Part shown: positions 15,614 to 26,280 of the stretch, one piece after another
Layout of the letters: every line of letters starts with the position of its first letter
Numbering within the stretch: position 1 is the stretch's first letter
Source: Fibrobacteria bacterium
GTDB taxonomy: Bacteria > Fibrobacterota > Fibrobacteria > UBA5070
Length of the DNA: 64,000 nt
Assembly (NCBI GenBank): GCA_035352895.1
Contig: DAOPYN010000010.1
Span: 24,188-88,187 of the forward strand
Direction: 5' to 3'
The notes under the pieces: model-generated
Database searches by the model: none
Told to the model about the DNA's origin: nothing
Seen by the model: the letters and a program-made list of their open reading frames with translations, nothing else
Made by a program: the position numbers and the translations under genes

Positions 15614-17872
15614 TTGAAAGCCCCCACCGGCTCGGGCAAGAGCACGCGGGTTCCACGCCACCTCCTGGAGGCGGGTATCCGGGGCCGGATCTGGGTGATC
15701 CAGCCCCGCAGGTTGGCTGCCCGCAGCGTAGCCAGATGGGTGGCCAAGCAGCTGGGCGAGGAATTGGGCGGCAGGATCGGCTACCACGTCCGGTTCGATC
15801 GAACCGAATCGGAGCGGACGGAAGTCCTGTTCTTGACGCCGGGTGTCGCCCTGCGCATCGCCTCGTCATCCCAAGGATTTTCGGGGGTCTCGGCGATCCT
15901 GCTGGACGAATTCCATGAACGGTCCGCCGAAACCGACGCGCTGGCAGCGCTGGCATTGGCCTCCGGCAGACAAGGACCACTGGTCTGGTTGTTGTCGGCC
16001 ACGGTGGATCCGGAAGAACTGCGGACATGGCTTTCCAGCGGTTCGCGTCCTGTCCAGGTCCTCGAAAGCCAGGGGCGGATGTACCCCGTCCAGATCGAAT
16101 ACCGCCCCATGCCCGGCAATCTGCAGCTTGCCGATTCCATGGCCAACGCAGTTCGCGAACGCCTGCGCCAAGGCGTGGATGGCGATCTTCTCTGCTTCGT
16201 CCCCGGAGTGGGAGAGATCCGTCGGACCATCGAGTTGCTTTCCCGAACCCCACTTCCCACGCCGCTTCGAACCCGTCTCCTGAGCCTCCATGGCGACATG
16301 GAGCCATCCGAACAGGACGCAGCGCTGGCGGAAGCCCCTCCCGGATGCGTGAACATCGTGGTGGCCACCAATGTGGCGGAAACGTCCCTGACCCTTCCAG
16401 GAGTCCGGCACGTACTGGATTCCGGCTATGTCCGTTCGGCACGATTCGATCCGCGTCGCGGACTGGACACCCTCTACACGATCCGCGCGAGCCGTCGCAG
16501 TGCCGACCAGCGGGCCGGACGCGCCGGACGCGTCGCCGCGGGAACCTGCTGGAGATTGTGGTCGGAATCCGACATCCCCCCCCAAGACGAACTCCCGGAA
16601 ATCCTCCGCATCGACCTCGCTTCCCTCTGGCTGACCCTGGCGGCCTTCGAACGCTCCCCCGGGAACTTCCCCTGGCCCACCCCGCCCTCGGAAGAACGGA
16701 TCCGATCGGCTTGCGGACTCCTGACCATGCTGGGAGCCTTGTCCCCTTCGGGAGACGTGACCGATCTTGGCAAACGCATGTCCCGGATGCCGGTGTCGCC
16801 CCGCACCGCCAGGGTGCTGCTGGAGGCTCGACGGCTGGGGGGATCCCCGCAGGCCTTGCGGTGGGCGGCCGCCTGGGAATCGCAGGGGCCACGCGACGAG
16901 GACCTCCTGCGAAGAAGCCTGGAGGAGTTCGTCAGGGGCGCTCCGGGTCGAGAAGTCCCGCTGGGTAGACTCCTGCTTTCCGCTTTCGCCGATCGCTTGG
17001 CCGTCCAGGCCTCGCCCGACCGGTGGCGTCTGAACGACGGACGGGTCTGCGAGGGAAGCGTCGGCGGTGAAACCCAGCTTTGTCTGGCTCTGGAAGTGCA
17101 GGAAACCGCCAATGCGCAGCGAGGCACCAGCCTTCGCTTGCGGGAGGCGGAGCCCGTGGAGACCTCCTGGGTGGAGGACGCCTTCCCTGGACGGATCCGC
17201 ACCTCGGTCGAGGTGGACTGGGATCCACGCAATCGTCGGGTGCACGCGCGCGAGGTGGTCCGCTTGGCCGACCAGAGCCTGTGGTCGCGTCCGGTGGACG
17301 ACAACCGGATTCCTCGGCTGCAGGCCGAACAGCTCCTGTCCAGCAAGATCGCCCAGGGGGAGATCCGATGGAAGTGGGGCGAGGAGGAGGACCTTTGGGT
17401 CCTCCGGTCGCGCCTGGTGGCCAAGGCCTTCCCGGAACGTGGACTGTGCACCTTCGAGGAGGAGGATCTGGAACTCGCGCAAGCGGGAATCGTCGAAGGG
17501 TGCCTGGCCGCGGCGGGAGTGGAAAACCGCGAAGTGCTTCCCTATCTCAAGGAAGTCCAGGGGCACGAGCAGGTGCAATTCGTGGAAAAGATGGCTCCCC
17601 TCGGGATCGGATTGGCTTCCGGAAGGAAGGCGCGGGTCGCTTACCAAACCGACGGTTCCGCCCTGGTCTCGGCCCGGATCGGGGATTTCATCGGGGTCAA
17701 GCAGGAGTCGGTGCGGATCGGGCAGGGCAGGATTCCCATGGTGTTCGAGATCCTGGCCCCCAACCACCGTCCCGTCCAGCGCACATCCGATCTGGACGGA
17801 TTCTGGCAGAGATCCTACCCCCAGATCAAGGCCGACCTGAAACGCCGCTACCCCAAGCATCCCTGGCCCTGA
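15614..17872 (+). CDS. hrpB: ATP-dependent RNA helicase HrpB (DEAH-box)
   Basis: Walker A APTGSGKST, DEFHER, and the HrpB C-terminal domain. The coordinate is the TTG start from the ORF track. The conserved N-terminal homology (PIFPVDALSERLVATYRDGAHLVL) continues upstream to about 15548 with no ATG/GTG/TTG (see findings). Confidence 0.85.
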   Translation: MKAPTGSGKSTRVPRHLLEAGIRGRIWVIQPRRLAARSVARWVAKQLGEELGGRIGYHVRFDRTESERTEVLFLTPGVALRIASSSQGFSGVSAILLDEFHERSAETDALAALALASGRQGPLVWLLSATVDPEELRTWLSSGSRPVQVLESQGRMYPVQIEYRPMPGNLQLADSMANAVRERLRQGVDGDLLCFVPGVGEIRRTIELLSRTPLPTPLRTRLLSLHGDMEPSEQDAALAEAPPGCVNIVVATNVAETSLTLPGVRHVLDSGYVRSARFDPRRGLDTLYTIRASRRSADQRAGRAGRVAAGTCWRLWSESDIPPQDELPEILRIDLASLWLTLAAFERSPGNFPWPTPPSEERIRSACGLLTMLGALSPSGDVTDLGKRMSRMPVSPRTARVLLEARRLGGSPQALRWAAAWESQGPRDEDLLRRSLEEFVRGAPGREVPLGRLLLSAFADRLAVQASPDRWRLNDGRVCEGSVGGETQLCLALEVQETANAQRGTSLRLREAEPVETSWVEDAFPGRIRTSVEVDWDPRNRRVHAREVVRLADQSLWSRPVDDNRIPRLQAEQLLSSKIAQGEIRWKWGEEEDLWVLRSRLVAKAFPERGLCTFEEEDLELAQAGIVEGCLAAAGVENREVLPYLKEVQGHEQVQFVEKMAPLGIGLASGRKARVAYQTDGSALVSARIGDFIGVKQESVRIGQGRIPMVFEILAPNHRPVQRTSDLDGFWQRSYPQIKADLKRRYPKHPWP

Positions 17873-18012
17873 ACGGTATTTTCGTCCCGTCGAGGCGGTT
17901 TCGGTGCTATTTTCCGCGATGGCGTTTCCGACCGCCCGACCGCGATCGGGACCGTTTCGGACCGATCGCGGAGAACCGCGCCATCCAAACACCCTCGCGA
18001 AAGGACCCCCAG

Positions 18013-18207
18013 ATGGGAAGCCACGGAAAGTGCTGGCTGTTCACCAACGGCGACGACGGAAATTGCTACTAGTGCTACTGCAACAAGTACTCCGACGACA
18101 TGGAAAAGGAGTTCAAGCGCCAGGTGTACTCGCGATCCGGCTACGCCTGCCGCAAGGTGCATCGCTACGACCACACCCCCGACCGCGGCTACGAACTGTT
18201 CGTGTGA
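18013..18207 (+). other. small Cys-rich ORF interrupted by in-frame TAG (MGSHGKCWLFTNGDDGNCY-TAG-CYCNKYSDDMEKEFKRQVYSRSGYACRKVHRYDHTPDRGYELFV)
   Basis: ATG 18013 preceded by AAAGGA. GC3-rich codon usage persists on both sides of the amber codon at 18070-18072 up to TGA 18205-18207. No homolog recognised. Confidence 0.3.
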
Positions 18208-18217
18208 GTCTGAGATA

Positions 18218-18256
18218 GGTGTCCGGAAGCGGTCCAAGGAACGCCTCCGGACACCC
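18218..18256. terminator. stem-loop (14-bp stem, 1 mismatch) between convergent small ORF and Ala/Lys-rich gene
   Basis: ggtgtccggaagcg ... cgcctccggacacc inverted repeat. No clear T-tract. Confidence 0.4.
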
Positions 18257-18262
18257 ACCGGC

Positions 18263-18811
18263 TCATGCCGTTCCGATGATCTTGGAGACCCCCAGTATGG
18301 AGGCCAACCTGGAATCCACGGCTTTCATTCCTGCATCCTCCTTCTTGGGAGCAGACTTGGCGATGCTCGCCTGGGCTTCGGCACTTAGTTTGGGAGCCTC
18401 GGTTTTCCCCCGCGCATCGGACAGGACGTTCTGCAAGGGGTCGGCCTTGGTCGCGGCGGCGGCCTCCGCCTTTCGGGCCTTGGCTGCGGTCTCGAAGTAG
18501 TTCTGGACCTCATTGGCGTTGGCGGCGGCAAGGTCGAGGGTGCGGGTTCCCGTCCCGCTGGCCATCGGAGACATCTTGGCTTTCAGGCTTTGTGCCACCA
18601 CATAGGCCTTGGCCTGGCTTGCTGTGGCCTGGGCTTGAGATGCCCCCTTGGGGTCGGACTTGGCCGCAGCGGCGGTTGCATCCTTCCCGGATTGACCGGA
18701 TGCCGTCTTGGTCGCTTCTGCCGACGCTTGCGCGCCTTCGGCCGCCTTGGGTGGTGTCACGGTTTTAGGCGCGGTGATCTCGCGGATCAGTTTGATTGGA
18801 TCGGTTGGCAT
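18263..18811 (-). CDS. Ala/Lys-rich low-complexity hypothetical protein (histone-H1/AlgP-like composition)
   Basis: ATG 18811 with a GGGGGGG RBS. Product MPTDPIKLIREITAPKTVTPPKAAEGAQASAEATKTASGQSGKDATAAAAKSDPKG... is 182 aa. The ORF track entry is longer through an upstream extension. Confidence 0.5.
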   Translation of the reverse strand: MPTDPIKLIREITAPKTVTPPKAAEGAQASAEATKTASGQSGKDATAAAAKSDPKGASQAQATASQAKAYVVAQSLKAKMSPMASGTGTRTLDLAAANANEVQNYFETAAKARKAEAAAATKADPLQNVLSDARGKTEAPKLSAEAQASIAKSAPKKEDAGMKAVDSRLASILGVSKIIGTA

Positions 18812-19003
18812 ACAGGTCCCCCCCTTGAACGGATTTCCCCGATATCTGTTGTCGACCGAACTGTCGTAGGACTTTAGTCTTTTTTCGCGAAAACTCTCCA
18901 GGACCATGGCGTTTCCCACGTCCTCTTCTCTTGGCCCTTTCGCCCCCACTTCCCCTCGTCTTGCGCCCTGCGAGCTAGCTTCCCAAGCCAGGAGATCCGC
19001 ACC

Positions 19004-19459
19004 ATGAAGCACATCATCTGTCCCGAACGGCATGAAGGAAGCGAATCGACCCTGTTCCTTGCCGGAGGCATCAGCGGATGCCCGAACTGGCACGACCGAT
19101 TGGTGGAGTTGCTTTCCAGCACCGATCTGACCTTGTTGAACCCACGCCGCAAGAACTTTCCCATCGACGACCCTTCCGCCTCGCGGTTCCAGATCCAGTG
19201 GGAACACGAGCACTTGCACAGGGCCCAAGCGATCTCCTTCTGGTTTCCCCGCGAAACCCTCTGCCCCATCACGCTCTACGAGCTGGGCGTCTGGACCACG
19301 TCGGAGAAGCCCCTGTTCATCGGGATGCACCCTGACTACAGCCGCCGGATCGACGTGGAAATCCAGACCTCGCTGGTGCGGCCGAACTTGGTTCCCGCCT
19401 ATTCGCTAGAAGACCTTGCCGGACAGATTCGCTCGTGGGAGAGATCAAAATCGCTCTGA
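19004..19459 (+). CDS. nucleoside 2-deoxyribosyltransferase-like (SLOG superfamily) protein
   Basis: FLAGGISGCPNWHDRLVELL...LLNP...QWEHEHLHRAQAISFWFP...CPITLYELGVW...KPLFIGMHPDY matches the Nuc_deoxyri_tr2-like fold pattern. Local GC is lower than its surroundings. Confidence 0.55.
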   Translation: MKHIICPERHEGSESTLFLAGGISGCPNWHDRLVELLSSTDLTLLNPRRKNFPIDDPSASRFQIQWEHEHLHRAQAISFWFPRETLCPITLYELGVWTTSEKPLFIGMHPDYSRRIDVEIQTSLVRPNLVPAYSLEDLAGQIRSWERSKSL

Positions 19460-19485
19460 GCTCCATCCTGAACGGAGATCGGTCC

Positions 19486-19528
19486 CAAAACCAAAAAGCC
19501 CTGCTCCTGGCAAAACCAGGAGCAGGGC
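19486..19528 (-). terminator. rho-independent terminator of the esterase gene
   Basis: Perfect 13-bp stem gccctgctcctgg/ccaggagcagggc with loop caaaa. On the minus strand it is followed by TTTTTGGTTTTGGG. Confidence 0.8.
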
Positions 19529-19579
19529 CCGGCGCTCCTCAGCCAGGAGCGCTCGCCATCGAATCCAGCGTCGATCGAT

Positions 19580-21025
19580 CTAGGGAAGCTTCTTGGTCTG
19601 CATGGAGGACCATTGTCCGCTGCAGAAGGCGCAGGTGTTCCCGATGAACTTCTGACGACCGGTGGAGCCGGTGTCCCCTTTCAGCCACCAGTTGAACCAG
19701 GCCACCGCGAACTTCGCGAATTCCCCTCCGTTGTCCGCCCAGTAGGTTCCCCCGTGGCCGGCGCTGGGAACGTTGGCGAACACCGTGGGCAGGTGAGCGA
19801 TCCCGTTGAAGTCGCGCAGACCATTGGGGTAGGCGATGTCGTCCGGGCCACCGATCGCGTAGGCGATGGGCGCATGGAGCTTGTTGAGGGTGGACTGGTC
19901 GGGGCTCAGGAGACCGCTGCTCATGATGATGGTGGCGTCCACCCGCGGATCCAGGGAGGCTCCATAGGCCATGATGCCTCCGCAAGACCAGCCGAACGAA
20001 CCGACCATGGTATCCAGGCTCTGGTAGAAGCGGCTGCAGGGCTTGCCGTTCTGCTGGAGCGCCCAATCGAAGCCCTTGATGAGGTACCCGCCCAAGGTGC
20101 CCAGGCCGGAGCCCATGTCATAGCTGCCCGATCCTCCGGGAGTCCCCTCGTTGATCACGATGAATCCATGAGAGGCGATCTCGGCATAGAAATCGGCGGT
20201 TTCCGTGGAATTCCTGCCGCACCCTCCATTCCCCCAAACCAGGATGGGGTACTTCTTACCCGCGCCCAAATCGCTGGGGCGGTAGATGGTCTTGCCCGAC
20301 AGGCTGGGATCGGTTTCGATCACCACCTGGTGGGAACCGGTCAGGGGACTCCCCCCCAACGAGGCGTTCACCTTCACAGGGTCCGGCCCCTTGTCGGCGG
20401 GATTGCAGGTGGCCAGCGCGCTCAGGGTCACGTCCACGGTCCCTTCGTAGCTGGACAGGGGGACGGTCTTGGAGACATATCCGTTCGCGGACACCTTCAA
20501 GGAATCCACCACGGCCAGGGACCGGGCGGAAACCCCGCGATCGACCGGCTGCGAAGCCAGGAGCCGTCCCTCGCCGGTCCGGACCATCCGGAAGGTGGAG
20601 GTCCGGTCGCCAAGACCCACGCGAACCAGGAGCATGGTCGCCGACAGCGAGACCTTGGAGGCATCGAACGAGAAGAGGCCTGCGGGAGCGTTCCTTTCCA
20701 CCGCGGCAAGGCGATTCCCGGAAAGATCCAGCCAATCGATGCTCACATGGGTCGGCACCGCGAGCTCGGCGGTCAGGACTCCGCCGACCATCGAGAGCGA
20801 ACCGGGAAGATCGGATCGATCCAGGATCCCGTTGGTCCCTCCGGTCAGGGAATAACCTCCGCTCGCATCGGTCGTGGCCTTCAGGGACTTCGAATCCAAA
20901 GCCACGGTGGCACCCGAGATGGGGCTTCCAGCGTCGCTCTTGACGGTCCCATTCAGTGCAATGGTCTGGGCCCCGACATCGAGGCCTAGGATCAGGAAAG
21001 CGCAAAGGGATACGGATGGGCGCAT
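19580..21025 (-). CDS. secreted alpha/beta-hydrolase (esterase/lipase-like) with N-terminal carboxypeptidase-regulatory-like domain
   Basis: Signal peptide MRPSVSLCAFLILGLDVGAQ, then a CarboxypepD_reg-like segment (GTVKSDAGSPISGATVALDS...DASGGYSL). Hydrolase core YPILVWGNGGCGRN...FGWSCGG (G-x-S-x-G nucleophile). Confidence 0.7.
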   Translation of the reverse strand: MRPSVSLCAFLILGLDVGAQTIALNGTVKSDAGSPISGATVALDSKSLKATTDASGGYSLTGGTNGILDRSDLPGSLSMVGGVLTAELAVPTHVSIDWLDLSGNRLAAVERNAPAGLFSFDASKVSLSATMLLVRVGLGDRTSTFRMVRTGEGRLLASQPVDRGVSARSLAVVDSLKVSANGYVSKTVPLSSYEGTVDVTLSALATCNPADKGPDPVKVNASLGGSPLTGSHQVVIETDPSLSGKTIYRPSDLGAGKKYPILVWGNGGCGRNSTETADFYAEIASHGFIVINEGTPGGSGSYDMGSGLGTLGGYLIKGFDWALQQNGKPCSRFYQSLDTMVGSFGWSCGGIMAYGASLDPRVDATIIMSSGLLSPDQSTLNKLHAPIAYAIGGPDDIAYPNGLRDFNGIAHLPTVFANVPSAGHGGTYWADNGGEFAKFAVAWFNWWLKGDTGSTGRQKFIGNTCAFCSGQWSSMQTKKLP

Positions 21026-21313
21026 GCGGGCCCCCTTTATGGTTCCAGGTGAGGTTGTCGAACAGTTCTCAATGTACCTGACAACGGTCTTTCCCACCGT
21101 CAAGTTCCAAGACAACGTTTTGGAAGATCCTACAAAAGCCGCAAGTTTCCGGACTGGCTATCCCCGTTCCGCCAGAATACGCTCCCACCTCCCCAGCCAC
21201 CGCCGCAACGGGGCGTCCAAGAAAAGACGAGGCACCCGATCAGGGTGCCTATGTCTTCCATCAATTAGAACATGAAGGGAAAGGCATGATGTCCAGACAA
21301 GATGATCGAGACA

Positions 21314-21352
21314 AATACGAAAAAGCCCTGTCCCGGGGAACCGGAACAGGGC
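21314..21352 (-). terminator. rho-independent terminator downstream of mutB
   Basis: Hairpin gccctgtcccgg-ggaa-ccggaacagggc (1 mismatch). On the minus strand it is followed by TTTTTCGTATTTGTCTCG. Confidence 0.7.
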
Positions 21353-21376
21353 TCGTCAATTTCCGCCTGAGCTAGA

Positions 21377-23550
<2,174 letters not shown>

Positions 23551-23554
<4 letters not shown>

Positions 23555-25689
23555 CCCTGCACTCCGATCTTCTTCTGAAGGCCGCCCAGAACCTGGAGGA
23601 GGTTGGCGCGGACATGGATGAATTCGTCGATTCCCGAGGCCTTGTGGGCTTCGACCTGGTCGGCGGGGAAGCCCGCCAGGACCACGGCCACTCCGGGGAT
23701 CGCCGCCTTGAGGGCCGGCACGATCTGGGGGACCAGTTCGGGATAGGTGTCGTCGGTGCTGCAGATGGTGACCACCTTGGCGCCGGAATCCGTCGCCGCG
23801 TCCACCATGTCCTTCACCGAAGCGAAACCTTCCGGGTACACCACTTCGAATCCGCCGACTTCGAAGAATCCGCGGGAGAAGTCGGCGCGGCCCTTGTGCT
23901 GCGCCAGGGGCCCCATGGTCGCCAGGAAGACGCGCGGACGCCAGCCGGTGCGGACCAGATGGCGATCGGCGGCATCGCGCAGCTTCTCGAAGGGCTCCGA
24001 CAGGCGGTGGAGCTTGAGCGGCTGGATGGTCGGACGGTCGGCGTCGCCGGCGCGGATCACGCGGGTGATCTCGCCCAACGTGGCTCCGGCCTGGACGGCC
24101 TCGATCGCGGCCGCGACCATCTTCTCGTCGGTGACACCCATGAGATCGGACAGCTTGCCCATGACCTTGGAGTGCTTCACGTCGTCGTAGGCGGTGCGGT
24201 ATTCGGTGACCGACACCACGCGCGACTTGTAGATCGCGGCGTAGTCGGGCTTGCGGCCCTCGATCTTCTTTTCGCCGATGTTGGCGTACTGGTTCACGCC
24301 CACCTGGACGTCCTTGCGGGTGGCCAGAGCCGATTCCTTCGCCTTGCAGACCTTTTCGATCTCGGACTGGATGAACCCGGCCTGGAGAGCGGCGAAAGCT
24401 CCGCCCTTTCCTTCCACGGCCTGGAAGAGTTCCCAGGCCTTCTGGGCGATCTGGTCGGTGAGCCATTCCACGGCCCACGATCCACCCGCGGGATCCACCA
24501 CGTGGCGCAACTGGGCTTCCGTGGCCAGGAGGATCTGGGTGTTGCGGGCGATGCGGCGGGAGAACTCGTCCGGAAGTCCGAAGACCTCGTCGAACGGGGT
24601 CACCTGCAGCGACTGCACGCCGCCCAGCACCGCCGAGAAGCTCTCGGTGGTGGTGCGCAGGAGGTTCGCGTAGGGATCCAGCTTGGACTTGTTCCACAGC
24701 GCCGTACGGGCGTGGATGCTCATGCTCTGCGAGCACATGTTCCCGCCGAAGGCTTCCACGATGCGGCTCCACAACAGGCGCGCTGCGCGGAACTTGGCGA
24801 TTTCCATGAAGAAGTTGGGACCCACGCTGAAGGCGAAGCGCATGCGGGGAGCGACGGTGTCCACCGCCACGCCGCGCTTGACCAGCTCGCGGATGTATTC
24901 GGCGCCCTGGGAGAGGGCGAAGGCCAGTTCCTGCACGGCGCTGCCGCCGGCTTCCAGGAAGGAACGCGAGTGGACGCACACGGTCTGCAGCGCCGGAGCT
25001 TCGCGCTCGGCCCACAGGGTGAGCTGGGCCATCTCGCGATAGGCCTCGTCCAGGGACTGGGGAAGGGTGCCTTCGTGGGCGAGCACGCCCAGCGGATCCA
25101 TCTCGATGCATCCGCGCAGCTTCCTGACATCCAGTCCGCGGCTCTTGACCAGGGCGGCCAGCAGGGCGGCGAAGGGAAGTCCGGAGGCTCCCGAGCGGAC
25201 GAACAGCGAGGTCTTCTCCAGGTCGATGTCTTCCAGCGCGACGGAGAGATCCTTGATGGTGGCGATGCTGACGCCGCCCTTGCCCACGTCGCCCTCGACG
25301 GCGGAATCGGGATCGATGCCGGCGCGCGTGGCGTGGTCGAGGTTCAGGTTCAGCGCCGTGAGGCCACGCGACAGATCGTGTCTGGCGGCCTGGTTGAACT
25401 CGCGGGGTCCCGGATAGGGCAGCTCCTGCGAAACCTCCCAGGCCTCGGCGACGTAGCCTTCGTGCGAAGACCCGCGCGCCAGCTGGCCGCAACCGGGCTT
25501 GGCCTTCAGGTGTTCCAGGCCGGCCACGTCGGAGGCGTTGTAGATGGGCTGGACGGTGATGCCTTCGTAGGTGCCGGAGACGAGCTTCTTCTCGTAGGGC
25601 ACGCCCTTGAGTTCGGCTTCGACCTGGGCCTTCCACTTGTCGAAGGGAACCTCCGCGAATTCGGAGAGCAGCTTGGGTTTGTCGGTCAT
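23551..25689 (-). CDS. mutA: methylmalonyl-CoA mutase small (beta) subunit
   Basis: 712 aa, [20 protein letters not shown]..., typical MutA. Its degenerate B12 domain ends ...[19 protein letters not shown]. Confidence 0.9.
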
Positions 25690-25693
25690 CGGA

Positions 25694-26086
25694 TCACTCC
25701 ACGTCCAGGAGGGCCTGGCCCTCCTCCACGGTGGCGCCGGCGGCGACGTAGATCTTGGTGACCTTGCCCGTCTTGGGAGCGGTCACGGGAGTGTTCATCT
25801 TCATGGCCTCGAGGACCAGGACCTGCGCGCCGGCCTGGACCGAGTCCCCTTCCTTCACGTCCACCGACACGATGCGGCCGGCGAGCTGCGAACGGACCGA
25901 TGCGGCCGATCCGGCCCCTGCGGGCTTGGCCGCGGGAGCCGCGACGGCAGCAGGCGCGGCTGCAACGGCCGCGGCGGGAGCCGCGGCCCGGGGGGCCACG
26001 CGGGAGGCTCCGGTGGAGGTGTCGTCGATGGTCTCGACGACGACTTCGTAGGTTTTTCCTTCGACGGTGATTCTGAGCTTTTTCAC
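25694..26086 (-). CDS. biotin carboxyl carrier protein (biotin-dependent methylmalonyl-CoA carboxyltransferase/decarboxylase 1.3S/gamma-type subunit)
   Basis: 130 aa with an Ala/Pro-rich linker and the biotinyl domain carrying the EAMKM biotinylation motif. Confidence 0.9.
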   Translation of the reverse strand: MKKLRITVEGKTYEVVVETIDDTSTGASRVAPRAAAPAAAVAAAPAAVAAPAAKPAGAGSAASVRSQLAGRIVSVDVKEGDSVQAGAQVLVLEAMKMNTPVTAPKTGKVTKIYVAAGATVEEGQALLDVE

Positions 26087-26098
26087 GACGGTTTCCTT

Positions 26099-26269
26099 TT
26101 CAGCGCAAGCGATGCGATTCGAACTGTTGAAAACGACCGTGGATGTTCCAGAGGCTTTGCGTCCGGACCGCGGGCTCGATGCTCACGATCCGGAACGGTT
26201 CGTCCAGGACCGCGTGCACGGCGGCCGCCACGATGGCATGGAGATCCTTTTCCTTGATGTCCTGGCTCA
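26099..26269 (-). CDS. small 56-aa ORF, possible acyl-CoA carboxylase epsilon-like / decarboxylase small subunit
   Basis: Below the ORF-track cutoff. ATG 26269. Product MSQDIKEKDLHAIVAAAVHAVLDEPFRIVSIEPAVRTQSLWNIHGRFQQFESHRLR exactly fills the gap between the carboxyltransferase and BCCP genes. Weak resemblance to PccE-type subunits (E-x-L-A-A-I/V..A..L). Confidence 0.35.
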
Positions 26270-26280
26270 TCTGGCCTCCC

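Noticed and set aside
19613-20989. 458-aa plus-strand ORF
   Set aside because: Antisense of the esterase gene, which has a signal peptide, hydrolase motifs and its own terminator.
21240-21330. 29-aa ORF MMSRQDDRDKYEKALSRGTGTGLVNFRLS in the mutB-esterase intergenic region
   Set aside because: It overlaps the mutB terminator hairpin and has no RBS or conservation evidence. Probably non-coding.
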